A stretch of DNA of 64,000 bases. Source: Nitrospirota bacterium (GTDB lineage Bacteria; Nitrospirota; JACRHJ01). The translations under genes were made by a program, and so were the position numbers. The number at the start of each line of letters is the position of its first letter. Position 1 is the stretch's first letter. Below, in pieces: positions 1-10,981 of this stretch. The stretch lies in NCBI GenBank assembly GCA_963733375.1, contig CAVTDB010000008.1:50652-114651 (forward strand). The letters run 5' to 3'. Below the pieces are notes generated by a model. It saw only the letters and a program-made list of their open reading frames with translations. It searched no databases and was not told where the DNA came from.

Positions 1-285
1 CAGGGCTTCATGTGAAACGCCCGCATTGTTTATCAGCGCGTCCAGCCGCCCCCAGCGGGCCTCCGCCGCATTTACCAGCTTCCCGGCCTCATCAGCAAAG
101 CCTACGTCCGCCTGAAAAACCAGCGCATCGCCGCCCGATGATATTATCTCTTTCGCAACCGCCTCGGCCTTTGCCTGTGAACTTGAATAATTGACTGCCA
201 CGCCCCAGCCCGCGCGTCCAAAAGCGAGGGCAACCTCGCGCCCCAACCCTCTCGACGCGCCGGTCACTATGACGGCTTTTCGCAT
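1..285 (-). CDS. FabG-like short-chain dehydrogenase/reductase (partial, runs off window)
   Basis: Manual translation [22 protein letters not shown]...RLDALINNAGV has the TGxxxGxG and NNAG motifs. Its ATG overlaps the bioF stop (TGATG). Not in the ORF track. Confidence 0.85.
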   Translation of the reverse strand, partial: MRKAVIVTGASRGLGREVALAFGRAGWGVAVNYSSSQAKAEAVAKEIISSGGDALVFQADVGFADEAGKLVNAAEARWGRLDALINNAGVSHEAL

Positions 286-1406
286 CACAGCTTCTCCACA
301 GCACCCAGGAGCGCCTCGATTTCCGAAGGCTCATGCGCAGCCGAAACAGTGAAGCGGATGCGGCACTGCCCTTCCGGGACCGTCGGCGGCCTGATTGCGG
401 GGGCATAAAAACCCGCGTCCAGGAGCGCGCCCGATAATTTCACCGCCTCGTCCGCCCCGCCGACGATTACAGGGATTATTGGGGTCCCGCCGCCGGTTAC
501 TTTAAAGCCCGATTTTTTTAATCCGTCCCGCAGTAGACGTGCGTTATCATGCAGACGCGAGAGCCTCTCCGGGCTCATCTTGCAAAACTCTTAAAGCCGC
601 CGAAGACGCGGCGCATGCGGGAGAGGGGAGGGCGGTGGAAAAAATAAAAGAGCGGGCGTTATTTATCAGCAGGTCGATTATCTCGGCGTTTGCCTGCGGC
701 AAATGCGCCGTAAGAGCCGAGCGCCTTTCCGAGCGTGCCCATCTGGATAACGTCAGGCCCGGCGGACAATCTGAAATGTTCAAATATACCGCGTCCGGTA
801 CTTCCTAAAACTCCGGTGGAATGGGCCTCGTCAACCATCAAAAGGGCGTTATATTCTTCTGCATAGCCGGACAATCTCCGGCAGGGGGGCGATATCCCCG
901 TCCATGCTGAAGACGCCCTCGGTGACGATGAGCCGTTTTTTATAACCTGATTTTAAAGAGAGCAGTTTTTTCAGGCCGGCGTGGTCGTTGTGGCCGTAGA
1001 TATTGACTTCCGCTCCCGATAGCCTGCACCCGTCGATGATGCTTGCGTGGTTTAAACGGTCGCTGAAAATTATGTCGCCTTCTCTCGCCAGCGCGGGGAT
1101 TATCCCGGTGTTGGCCAGATAGCCGGAGCCGAAAAGCAGCGACGACCCGGTTGATTTAAAATCGGCAATCTCTTTGCGCAGGTTTTCGTGGTATCTGGTA
1201 TGGCCGGAAATGAGAGGCGCGGACCCCGCCCCGAAACCATAATTTTCCGAGGCCTCTTTCGCGGCGGAGATTACTTCCGGATGCATCGCCAGGCCGAGGT
1301 AGTCGTTCGAGCAGAACAACGTGACTTCCCGGCCGTCGATTACGGCGCGGGTAGGGGAAAGTCTTTTGAAGGTCTTCAAGTAACGCGGGTACTTAAAATT
1401 TTGCAA
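285..1406 (-). CDS. bioF: 8-amino-7-oxononanoate synthase (split over 3 frames)
   Basis: [45 protein letters not shown] and AIRPPTVP motifs spread across ORFs 849-1448, 659-874 and 285-578. Confidence 0.92.
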
Positions 1407-1407
1407 T

Positions 1408-2294
1408 TTAATTCGCTCCGCGAAAATGCAGAATTTCCACCGCCCCACTGACCAGCACCGGCGTCTCCCGCATGTAATCGAGATATTTCTTCATATCGAA
1501 TTTATCCGCATCCACAAAAAACGCCCGTCCGCCGAATATGCCGCCCGGCTCTTTTATAGAGGTTATCCTGCAATATCCGCGGGCCAGGGATGCGGCATAA
1601 CCGGTGGTATAGCGCGGGTCGTCGGAGATGCATAATTCGGCTACCGCGCCCGGCGCATTCGCTACCTTAGTCGCAAGCGCGAGGGCTTCCCGGAAATGGG
1701 ATGTAACGCAGTTTAATTCCTTTTCAGCCCGCAAAACTTGAGGAAGCGCATTTTGACCCCAGTCCACCGCCCGCGCCCGGATTCCGCGCACACGGTCCGG
1801 CTCCAGCCTCTCTCCCGTCCTGGCGTCAATCAGCATCGCCCCGCGCATGTTCTCTCCGGCAGGCGAAGCGCCGGAGGAAATCTGGTCCAGCGCGCCTCTC
1901 GCCGCAATCTCGGAGACGCCCGCCTTCACGAGTTCAAAGACGGCAATATCATGGGAAATATTTACGGCTGAATCCACTTGACCTATGGCAGCCGTTCGGG
2001 TGACAGCCGTTTGCGGGCCGACGGAGGGCGTTCGGTGGGGATTGTTTATTACCGGGAGCGGCTTAAACTTAAAAATCTCTTTCCCCGCCAGGGACGTAAC
2101 CGTAACCGCTATCTCTTCCGGCGGGCCGTTCTCGTGCGCCATCGCACGCTTGATAAGCGCCGACGTTACCGCCTCGACTTCATCAGCCGGGGCGATCCTC
2201 TCCGCGCCCGATATGTGCCTGCCGCCCCGGGCCGCGCGCATCCTGACGGAGAGATTTACCTGTCCAGAGCGACAGCGAAAGACAGTTCAGCCAT
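1408..2294 (-). CDS. bioW: 6-carboxyhexanoate--CoA ligase (pimeloyl-CoA synthetase)
   Basis: [40 protein letters not shown] and [14 protein letters not shown]; lies between bioB and bioF. Start is uncertain (likely frameshift near the 5' end). Confidence 0.88.
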
Positions 2295-3205
2295 GAAGCC
2301 GCATCCCCAGGTCTTCTATCATGCGGAGGTCGTCCGCGAAATCCCTGCCGTTCGTCGTGAGATAATCGCCCATCAAAAGGCCGTTTGCGCCAGCCATGAA
2401 AATCATCGGGTGCAACTCGCGCAGCGAGGTCAGCCTTCCGCCGCATACCCGTATTTCCTTTTCCGGCAGGATGTGCCGGAGCAGGGCGATAGATTTAAGC
2501 GCCTCGAAAGGCGTCATGAAATCCGCATTTTCTAAAGGCGTGCCCGGTATAGGCATAAGGAAATTGACCGGGACCGAATCTATGCCGAGACGGGCCAGCT
2601 GCAGAGGCCATTTCAGCCCGGTCGTTTAAATCCTCGCCCAGGCCAAAAATCCCGCCGCTGCAAGTGGACAGCCCCGCATCCTTCGCGGCCAGAAGGGTCT
2701 CGACCCGCTCGTCGAACGTATGGGTCGAGCATATCCTTGGGAAAAAATTTTTCGAGGTTTCCAGGTTGTGGTGATAGCGGTTTAAGCCGGCCTCTTTTAA
2801 TGTACGGAGCTGGGGAGCCGACAAAGTCCCAAGCGTGGCGCAAGGAAGAAAGCCCGTTTCCCGGACTCTTTCGACCATACGGGCTATGCTGGAGAGCTCT
2901 TTGTCCGAGTTTATCCCCCGGCCGGATGTCACGATGCAGAAACGCCTTACGCCTTTTTCAAAGGCCCGGTTCGCCGCCTCCGTGACGGCATCCGCCGGAA
3001 GCAGGGGATATGTGTTGACCTGGGTCCCATGATGGGCGGACTGGGCGCAAAAGGCGCAGTCTTCCGGGCAGTTACCGGAACGGGCGTTGATTATGGAGCA
3101 TGCGTCGACCAGGCCGCCGAAATTTTTTTCCCGGATGCGCCCGGCCTCCCGTATAAATTCCCAGGGCTTCTCTTCCAACTCCTTTAAATGATTCTTAATT
3201 TGCAT
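2287..3205 (-). CDS. bioB: Biotin synthase (radical SAM, frameshifted near 2590)
   Basis: CPEDCAFCAQS radical SAM motif, YHHNLETS, CSGGIFGLGE, PIPGTPL and GANGLLMGDYLTT. Confidence 0.95.
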
Positions 3206-3281
3206 TTTTTTTAAATGAGCGTTATCCTATAGTATGAGTTACAATATAAACAGAGGATAAGGTTAGACGGGGCGGAGTTTA

Positions 3282-3313
3282 TTGTCAACATGAAAATAGA
3301 CGTAGGTTTACAA
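3282..3313. promoter_or_regulatory. BirA (biotin repressor) operator
   Basis: TTGTCAAC-N16-GTTTACAA about 80 nt upstream of bioB; matches the known BirA palindrome TGTwAAC-N14-16-GTTwACA. Confidence 0.8.
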
Positions 3314-3427
3314 AGTCGGGTATGGTAATCAGGGTCGCGGAGGCCTGATTCGGCTCAAAGACCTTGACATCCGTATCCAAAGAAATTAATATAAAATGTA
3401 GGCTGATAGAATAATTTGGGAGTCAAG

Positions 3428-5864
3428 ATGTTCGAAAAATTTACGGATAGAGGCAGGAAGGTGATAATCTTCGCCAGGGAAGAGGCGGAGAGGCACCAGA
3501 ACGATTACCTTGGGACGGAGCACCTGCTCCTTGGGCTTCTCCGGGAAGAGGACGGCATACCTATCGCCGTGCTCCGGAAGCTGGGCCTGAATACCGAGCA
3601 GGTCCGGATGGAGGTGGAGCGCAACCTCCCCGGCGGAATGGGGAACCTCGCATTCGGCGAGATACCTTTCACCCCCAGGGCGAAAAAGGTTCTGGAACTG
3701 GCGATAGAAGAGGCCAGGCTCTTAGGCCACAACTATGTCGGCAGTGAACACCTCCTGCTTGGAATAATCAGGGAAGAGGAAGGGATAGGCGGCAAAATCA
3801 TCCGGAACCTGGGGGCGCACCTCCTGGGGGCCCGCCAGCTTACTATAAATTTCGTACGCAGGAGCCCGGGACAGGCGGCCAGGGACAAGAAAAGCCCCAC
3901 GCCGGCGCTGGACGAGTTCGGGCGCGACCTTACCCAGCTTGCCAAGGACGGGAAGCTCGACCCCGTCATAGGCCGGGATAACGAGATAGAGCGCGTAATG
4001 CAGATACTGTCCCGCCGGACCAAGAACAACCCGGTGCTCATAGGAGAGCCGGGTGTAGGCAAAACGGCTATCGTGGAGGGTCTGGCCCAGCGGATAGTGA
4101 ACGACGAAGTGCCGGAAAACCTTGCAAACCGCAGGCTTGTCGCGCTGGACCTGGGCTCGTTAATCGCGGGCACCAAGTACAGGGGACAGTTCGAGGAACG
4201 CCTGAAAGTAGTAATGAAGGAGATCTCCCAGGCGGAGAACGTCATAATCTTTATAGATGAGCTGCATACCCTTGTGGGCGCGGGCGCGGCGGAAGGCTCC
4301 GTGGACGCTTCAAGCATGTTAAAACCCGCCCTTTCCAGGGGCGAGATACAGTGCATAGGCGCAACCACGCTCGACGAGTTCCGCAAGCATATCGAGAAGG
4401 ACGGCGCGCTTGAGAGGCGGTTCCAGCCCATCCAGGTAATGCCGCCGACGATGGAAGAGGCGGTTAAGATACTCCAGGGCCTGAAAGGGAAATACGAGGC
4501 CCACCACAAGGTTAAATATAAAGACGAGGCGGTGGAGGCTTCCGTAAAGCTCTCCGACCGCTATATAACCGACCGTTACCTGCCTGACAAGGCCATTGAC
4601 ATAATCGACGAGGCGGGCTCGAGGGCGAAGCTCCAGAAATATACCCTGCCGTCGGAGATACGCGCGGTAGAGCGCGACATGAAGAAGGCGGCCAAGAACA
4701 AGAGCCTGTTCCTCCGGCTGCAGGATTCGGAGAAGGCGGAGTATTTCACCCGTGAAGAGGAGCGCCTGAAAGAGCAGTTCGAAGAGGCGCAGCGCACCTG
4801 GCGCGACTCCCAGGAAAAGATCCAGCCATTGATAGGCGAGGAAGAAATCGCCGGGATTATATCGAAGATTACCGGGATTCCGCTTTTCAAGCTCGAAGAG
4901 AAGGAATCCGAGAAGCTTCTCCGGATGGAGGAGTTTCTGCACAAGCGGATTGTCGGACAGGACGAGGCTATCCATGCGGTCTCAAGGGCGATCCGCCGCT
5001 CCCGCGCCGGCATAAAGAGCCGGAAGAAACCTATCGGCTCCTTTATCTTCCTCGGCCCCACCGGCGTGGGAAAGACGGAGCTTGCGAGGGTGCTGGCGGA
5101 ATTCCTTTTCGATAACGAGGATGCGCTTATCAGGGTGGACATGTCCGAATTCATGGAGAAGTTCACCGTCTCCAGGCTGACCGGGGCGCCTCCCGGATAC
5201 GTGGGATACGAAGAGGGCGGCCAGTTGACGGAGAAGGTCACGAAGGCGTCCGTACTCGGTGGTGCTTTTCGACGAGATAGAGAAGGCCCATCCGGACCTC
5301 TTCAATATACTGCTCCAGGTCCTGGACGACGGCCTGCTCACGGACAGCTACGGGAGGAAGGTGGACTTCAAGAACACCGTGCTCATCATGACCTCAAACC
5401 TCGGGGCGAGGCTCATAGACAAGAACGTGAACATGGGCTTCCACAGCGACAAGGGCATGGACAGCAAGTCGATAAGCGATAAAGTGATGGGCGAACTGAA
5501 GCATTTCTTCAACCCGGAGTTCCTGAACCGGGTGGACGACATGATCGTCTTCCATCAGTTGAATAACGAGCAGCTCTTGAAGATCGTGGACCTGCTGGTG
5601 GACGAAATGAACAGCATGATACTGGAGCAGAACATCCAGCTCGACGTGGCCCAGGAAGTGAAAGAGTGGATTATAAAGAATAACTTCCAGCTATCCTACG
5701 GGGCCAGGCCGCTAAGGCGCGCCATCCAGAAGAATATCGAAGACCCGTTCTCCGAGGAACTCCTGCGCGGACGGTTCAAAGAGGGCGGGAAGGTCCTCGT
5801 GAAGCTGCGCGACGGTTCAGTGGTGTTCGAGGAAGTGCCGCTGGAGGCTTTCGCTGAAGTCTGA
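3428..5864 (+). CDS. clpC: ATP-dependent Clp protease ATPase ClpC (frameshift near 5240)
   Basis: MFEKFT start, two Clp-N repeats, two AAA+ Walker A motifs ([16 protein letters not shown]), [19 protein letters not shown] and YGARPL. TTGACA at 3364. Confidence 0.93.
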
Positions 5865-5883
5865 AACGCTAAGACTATAAATT

Positions 5884-5915
5884 AAAAAGCACGGGGTAAG
5901 TCCCCGTGCTTTTTT
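5884..5915. terminator. Intrinsic terminator after clpC (probably bidirectional)
   Basis: AAAAAGCACGGGG-taagt-CCCCGTGCTTTTTT. Confidence 0.85.
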
Positions 5916-5949
5916 GTTTTTTTTTTATCTTTTTTATCTTATTTTCATT

Positions 5950-6045
5950 TTATGGGGCGGTTATGAGTTTATACACTCCGTAAACTCCCGCCGACACAAA
6001 CCCCAACACGGTAAATAGGAAACCCATAACGAATACGCCTGTCAT
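5950..6045 (-). CDS. 31-aa single-transmembrane small protein
   Basis: MTGVFVMGFLFTVLGFVSAGVYGVYKLITAP*, with a GAGGAGG RBS and an extended -10 TGCTATACT upstream. Confidence 0.6.
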   Translation of the reverse strand: MTGVFVMGFLFTVLGFVSAGVYGVYKLITAP

Positions 6046-6119
6046 TTTCGGCCTCCTCTGTCTAGTAGATGTTCCTGACTTAAGTATAGCACAAATTAAA
6101 GATAAAATCAGGAATTACT

Positions 6120-6592
6120 ATGGGTAAGAAAAGCGCGGGACTTCTGATGTACAGGCTGAGGGGCGGGGTCCTGGAACTGTTCCTCGTGCATCCCGGCGGG
6201 CCGTACTGGGCCAAAAAAGACCTGGGGGCGTGGACGATACCGAAGGGGGAGATCTCCGAATCCGGAGGAACCTCTTCATGCGGCGAAGCGTGAGTTTTTA
6301 GAGGAGACCGGCTTTCCCGTTCCGGAGGAAGACCTTTTTTTGAAACTTACTCCCCTGAAGCAGCCGAGCGGGAAGGTCATACATGCCTGGGCGTTCGAGG
6401 GCGATTGCCTTCCGGAGACGCTTGCAAGCAACACCTGCACCATTGCAGTGGCCGCCCAGGAGCGGGAAGTTCATTGATATTCCGGAGGTTGACAGGGGCG
6501 GGTGGTTTAAAATCCCGGAGGCGAAGGAGCGGATAATCGCGGGGCAGAGGGGTTTTATAGAGGAACTGGAAGAGAAGCTTAGCGTCCCCTGA
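6120..6592 (+). CDS. NUDIX hydrolase (frameshifted)
   Basis: MGKKSAGLLMYR..LVHPGGPYWAKKDLGAWTIPKGE, AKREFLEETG, and C-terminal WPPRSGK..PEVDRGGWF. Confidence 0.85.
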
Positions 6593-7052
6593 AATAGTTT
6601 TCAATTACCAGGAGCGCCACTCCGTCGGCAAACACCAGCAGGTTTAATACCGCGCTTACGGCATGGAGCCTGCCGAACTTCCTGCGCATCGGGTCGTCCT
6701 TGGGCGCGTTTTCAAACGAACCCACCTGCTTCTTTACGATTAAAATGTCCGGATGGAGCTTGAACGTGACATAGGAATTAATCAGCACCGCGAATATGAG
6801 CAGGATTATAGAGGCCTTGAAACCGCTCCCGGTCCATACCTGCCGCGAAACGAGGTACAGGAGCATGGCAAAAATCGACAGTGAGAAGTTATAAAGGAAA
6901 TATGCGTTAAAGAACTTATCCACGATGGCCGCCGCCGCGTCCCGGCTGAAGCCCTTGAAGATAAGCGGAGTGATGACGAAGGTGAACAGGGCGATGCCGC
7001 CTATCCAGAGAGAAACTGTTAACATGTAGAGGATAAATGCTATAAACTTCAT
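6579..7052 (-). CDS. DUF4149-like 4-TM membrane protein
   Basis: Four hydrophobic segments; FGRLHAVSAVLNL motif. Confidence 0.75.
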   Translation of the reverse strand: MKFIAFILYMLTVSLWIGGIALFTFVITPLIFKGFSRDAAAAIVDKFFNAYFLYNFSLSIFAMLLYLVSRQVWTGSGFKASIILLIFAVLINSYVTFKLHPDILIVKKQVGSFENAPKDDPMRRKFGRLHAVSAVLNLLVFADGVALLVIENYFRGR

Positions 7053-7091
7053 TCTTTAGATGATACCATAACTCATGGAAAAAAAGCTGAA

Positions 7092-7598
7092 ATGAAAAAT
7101 AAAATCAGGGTCGGGATAAGCTCCTGCCTCCTGGGCGAAAAGGTCCGCTACGACGGCGGCGACAAGCTTGACGTTTACATCATGGAGAGCCTGGGGAAGC
7201 AGGCATTGTTCGTGCCGGTATGCCCGGAGGCGGAATGCGGGATGCCGACGCCGCGAGAACCCATGCGGCTGACGGGCGACCCGGCCGCTCCCCGCCTGGT
7301 GACTGTAAATACAAAATTGGATTTTACGGAAAAATTATCGGCATGGGCGAATAAGAGGGTCGCGGAGCTGGAGAAGGAAAACCTCTCCGGCTTTGTGTTT
7401 AAGAGCCGCTCGCCCAGTTGCGGGCTCAGGGGAGTGGAAGTATCAGGCGAGGACGATGTACCCGCGAAAATCGGGACAGGCATTTTCGCGAAGATATTGA
7501 CGGACAAGTTCCCGGCCCTGCCGGTAGAGGAAGAAGCAAACCTTCACGACCCCGAGGCCATGGAAAAATTTTTAAGCCTACTTTTCCCAACCCCATAA
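7092..7598 (+). CDS. DUF523 / 2-thiouracil desulfurase (TudS)-like Fe-S protein
   Basis: GISSCLLGEKVRYDGG, VCPE..CG..TPREP and KSRSPSCG. Confidence 0.85.
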   Translation: MKNKIRVGISSCLLGEKVRYDGGDKLDVYIMESLGKQALFVPVCPEAECGMPTPREPMRLTGDPAAPRLVTVNTKLDFTEKLSAWANKRVAELEKENLSGFVFKSRSPSCGLRGVEVSGEDDVPAKIGTGIFAKILTDKFPALPVEEEANLHDPEAMEKFLSLLFPTP

Positions 7599-7629
7599 CG
7601 GGTCGTATCAATTTAGTGTCCTTTAAAAT

Positions 7630-8311
7630 TTAGCTTGCTTTAAGAAATGCAGCCGCTATAAATGCGGCCTCCGACGGTGAGTGTTTCATGCCTTCGGCTT
7701 CCATGGCCTCAAGGATGGGAACGTCTCTTTCCTTCTGCCTCCGGTGGAAAATATACCGCACCTTTGAAACCCTTCATACGCAGGCCGGCATTAAATGCAA
7801 GACCGGCTATGTCCGGGAGACCGAAGAACCTTACGCCATGCCATATAGAAGCAGGATCGTTCTCATTTTTCCTGCGCCGCCTTGCCCAGGGACTATTTTT
7901 GTTAAGGAATCCAAGTAATAGGATACCGTCCTTCTTCAGCACCCTTGACAGTTCAGTTAAGACATGCGCTGGGTCATCAATAAATTCCAGTGTACAAACC
8001 GAGATAACCTTGTCGAATGTTGATGGTTCGAAAGGTAAATCCTGAAGAGATGCCTTAATCAAGGTGGAACCTCTGCCCCTGAAATTGGCAGAGTATTTCA
8101 ACATATCTTCGTCCTCGTCCACACCTGTAACATTCAAGCCCAGACGAAGCAGCTCTTCCAGGTACACGCCCGTGCCGCACCCGGCATCGAGGACTTTATC
8201 ACCGGGGTTGAATGATACCAGCGAGAAGAGGGCGTCTTTTTCCAGGCGGTGGCATAGCGAACCAAACGTGGTCCCGTACCATGCGTCGTATTGGGCAGGG
8301 TCTATCTTCAC
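7630..8311 (-). CDS. Class I SAM-dependent methyltransferase (C-terminus frameshifted)
   Basis: VLDAGCGTG, LPFEPSTFDKV and RVLKKDG. Confidence 0.85.
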
Positions 8312-8365
8312 GCATGCACCTGTCAGAAAGTCATGACCTCGCGCTCCAAGCCTATGCTCCTCCGC

Positions 8366-8860
8366 TTAAAAAGTCAGATTCATATCCGCCTTCATTACCA
8401 CGTCTTTATAATACGTGGCCGGGTCCGCGACCTTGACTCCGTCATAAAATTCGCTCTCCTTGATGTCGAATAGCTCCTTGTTCAGAGGACATGCCCATAC
8501 GCGCGCCTTCTCGGCTATGAGGAAGAACATAAGGTCTTCCGCGCTTGGAAGGTTCATCTCGTCCATCTTTTTCAGCACGGCCTCGCCGATCTCCGGCTGG
8601 TCGGGCAGGCACTTCAGCGTTTTTATTTTTTCCCGGTGTACGGCGTTTATACCGCGCGACCCGAAGAACACATCCACGCTGTTGCCTTCCCGCAGAAGGG
8701 AAAGCGCGGTCATAAGGGCGTTATAGACCTGGCATAGCTCGTCGCTGAAACACATGACGGATACGTTCTTCTTTACCTTTTCCGTTTTCACGCGCTCGGA
8801 AGACGGCGACGGGTTCGACGTGCTGCACGCGGAGACGACGTTCTTTTTTTCCTCTTCCAT
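8366..8860 (-). CDS. DsrE/DsrF/DrsH-like sulfur-relay protein
   Basis: VDVFF..RGINAV, VWACP and GVKVADPATY...ADMNLTF, resembling the DsrE2 fold. Confidence 0.7.
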   Translation of the reverse strand: MEEEKKNVVSACSTSNPSPSSERVKTEKVKKNVSVMCFSDELCQVYNALMTALSLLREGNSVDVFFGSRGINAVHREKIKTLKCLPDQPEIGEAVLKKMDEMNLPSAEDLMFFLIAEKARVWACPLNKELFDIKESEFYDGVKVADPATYYKDVVMKADMNLTF

Positions 8861-8875
8861 TTCGATACCTCCTCT

Positions 8876-9688
8876 TTATGCAGGCTTCAATGGCCTGCTC
8901 ATAACCTGGTACCACATCCTGAAGGCCGGTGATGGCGATAATTCCGGCGATTGCATAGCGGAGTTTCTTGGTATTGACCCTCTTGCTTACCCGGCCCGCC
9001 GATCTGGGCGCCGGGAATCGTGCCATGCCGACCAGCGCTATCGCATACGGCCAGATTATCTGTCCGGTGGCCATCTTGCCTATCGTGCCCATCACGGCGC
9101 CCCGAGAGCGACAATCCCAAGCAGTGCTCCCGATGACGATGCGGGTCGGGATGTTAAGCAGGTATATCATTACGGGGATGTAGATGAACGCCCCCGGCGC
9201 GCCGACCATGCCGCCAAAACAGCCGATAGCAAGGCTTACCCCCGACGCCAGGATCTTGTTGTACTTGGACGTCCTCGGGCGCTACATCCTCGCCCTGTTC
9301 GCGTTTCGGCACGAACATCACCACTGCGGCTATCACCGCCATGGTGGCGAAAATGGCAAGCAGAAAGTCGCTCTTTGGTGTGCTTGGAGAAAAGCGCACC
9401 GGCAAGGTTGCCGATAGCATTAAAGAGTCCCATGTAAATCAGGAGGGACTTGCTGACGAATTTGTTCTTATTATGCACGATAAGGCCCGAGACCGAGGCC
9501 GCGAGCACCTGCACCATGCTTATCGCCGCGACCTGCTTCATGTCGAGATGCCCGATTCCGAAGAATGGGCGGCACATACAGGAGGAGCGGTATCATGAAT
9601 ATCGCCCCGCCAAGCCCTAGCAGGCCCGAAAGGAAACCCGCCGCCCTAAACCTAAAAATAAAAGAGTAACAAGAAATGATACTTCCAC
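8876..9688 (-). CDS. TauE/SafE sulfite exporter family protein (several frameshifts)
   Basis: Repeated halves GFLSGLLGLGGAIFMIPLL and GMVGAPGAFIYIPVMIY; GTG start after AAGGAG. Confidence 0.8.
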
Positions 9689-9699
9689 TATGTACTCCT

Positions 9700-10037
9700 T
9701 TCTCAACGGCCGCCCGTTTTGTTTGCGTAGAAGGTCTTACCGGGCAGCAGGCGGGCGCGGGCAGGCTTTCTTTATGTTCTTTCGCGAGCGCCGCGAGGAT
9801 ATCCAGCACCTTCGGGTCTTTAAGGAAATAACAGCGAAGTTTTCCGTCCACGTAGAAGTCCACGAGGCCCGCACGCCTGAGCATTGACAGGTGCTGGGAA
9901 ATATTCGACTGGCCCGTCCCCAGAATTTCCTCCATGTCGGAGACGCAGAGCACGTCGTTTTCCAATTTCTTTAATATCTCCAGGCGGTAATGATGGGCCA
10001 TGACCTTCAGCAACTCGGCCATTTTTTTATAATCCAT
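9700..10037 (-). CDS. ArsR/SmtB family transcriptional repressor
   Basis: LKVMAHHYRLEIL..LCVSDM..QSNISQHLSMLR HTH; C-terminal PACCP. 3' end approximate. Confidence 0.88.
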
Positions 10038-10062
10038 TGAATTTCCCTCCACGATGAATAGG

Positions 10063-10084
10063 CATATCATAATATGATGATATG
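10063..10084. promoter_or_regulatory. Putative ArsR operator
   Basis: Perfect inverted repeat CATATCAT-N6-ATGATATG just upstream of the ArsR start. Confidence 0.65.
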
Positions 10085-10168
10085 ACGATAAGATAGAGGA
10101 GCAGGCTTAAGTTGTCAAGAAGAATTATTTACTATAACAACAATTATCAGGAGGTCTAAATTTGTCGC

Positions 10169-10197
10169 TTGACAAGTAGTGAGCATATGTTCATAAT
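10169..10197 (+). promoter_or_regulatory. sigma70 promoter with internal palindrome (putative DUF134 operator)
   Basis: TTGACA-N17-CATAAT, with TGAGCATATGTTCA (10180-10193) in the spacer. Confidence 0.6.
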
Positions 10198-10220
10198 TAG
10201 TTGTCGTAGGAGGTAGAGAT

Positions 10221-10916
10221 TTGAGACCTAAGTCTTGCAGGACGGTTGGAGTGCAGCCCGGCGTCACATACTTCAAGCCGCGGGGCGTCCCGCTGTCAGA
10301 CCTTGAGGAAGCAGTTCTGGCGGTGGACGAGTTTGAAGCGATAAAGCTTGCCGACCACGACGGGCTTTACCAGGAAGAGGCCGCCGTCAGGATGAATATT
10401 TCACGCCCTACTTTCAGCCGGATAATAGATTCAGCTCACAGGAAAATAGCCGATGCGCTCGTGCATGGCAAGGCTTTAAAAATCGAGGGAGGCAAGGTCG
10501 AGATAGCCTCAAATGTAAAACCGGCAACACAACGAGGAGGAAAAATGAACATTGCGGTATCCACCACCGACGGAAAGACGATCTGCGGTCACCTTGGAAA
10601 GTGCAAGGACTTCATTATCTATGAAACCGACGGCAAGGAAGTAATAAGAAAAAGCTTCAGGAGGTCGGGCGGCGCCTGCCCCGGGCACGGCGATCACGGT
10701 GATAGCGGAGGGCACGTGCACAACGTCAGTCCCTTCGCCGGCTGCCACGCCGTAATTACGCAGGGCATGGGGCAGGGGATGCTTAACGGCCTCGTGCAGG
10801 CGGGCATCCAGCCTGTAATAACCGACCAGACCGACCCGGATACCGCCATAGCAAACTTCCTGAATGGCGAGCTGTCCGGCACGGCGAAATCCACCTGCTC
10901 CTGCGGCGAGCATTGA
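10221..10916 (+). CDS. DUF134 DNA-binding domain + NifB/NifX (dinitrogenase FeMo-co) domain protein
   Basis: YFKPRG..DEFEAIKLAD..QEEAAVRMNISRPTF..AHRKIADALV, then IAV..ICGHLGKC..VITQGMG. A second RBS+ATG lies at 10546. Confidence 0.85.
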   Translation: MRPKSCRTVGVQPGVTYFKPRGVPLSDLEEAVLAVDEFEAIKLADHDGLYQEEAAVRMNISRPTFSRIIDSAHRKIADALVHGKALKIEGGKVEIASNVKPATQRGGKMNIAVSTTDGKTICGHLGKCKDFIIYETDGKEVIRKSFRRSGGACPGHGDHGDSGGHVHNVSPFAGCHAVITQGMGQGMLNGLVQAGIQPVITDQTDPDTAIANFLNGELSGTAKSTCSCGEH

Positions 10917-10981
10917 TCTGCCGACCGTAAAAAAAGTAATCTCAACCAGAAGCGACTTTTACAGAGCAAAAAGGAGATAGA

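Noticed and set aside
3505-5542. Long antisense ORFs over clpC (and likewise over degT, acrB and the high-GC segment)
   Set aside because: Shadow ORFs caused by GC3 bias; no motifs or RBS
9471-10070. ArsR-TauE fusion
   Set aside because: TauE has its own AAGGAG+GTG at 9688; the apparent fusion comes from frameshift errors
10221-10916. NifB/NifX domain as evidence of nitrogen fixation
   Set aside because: The domain is widespread in non-diazotrophic anaerobes; no nifHDK in the window
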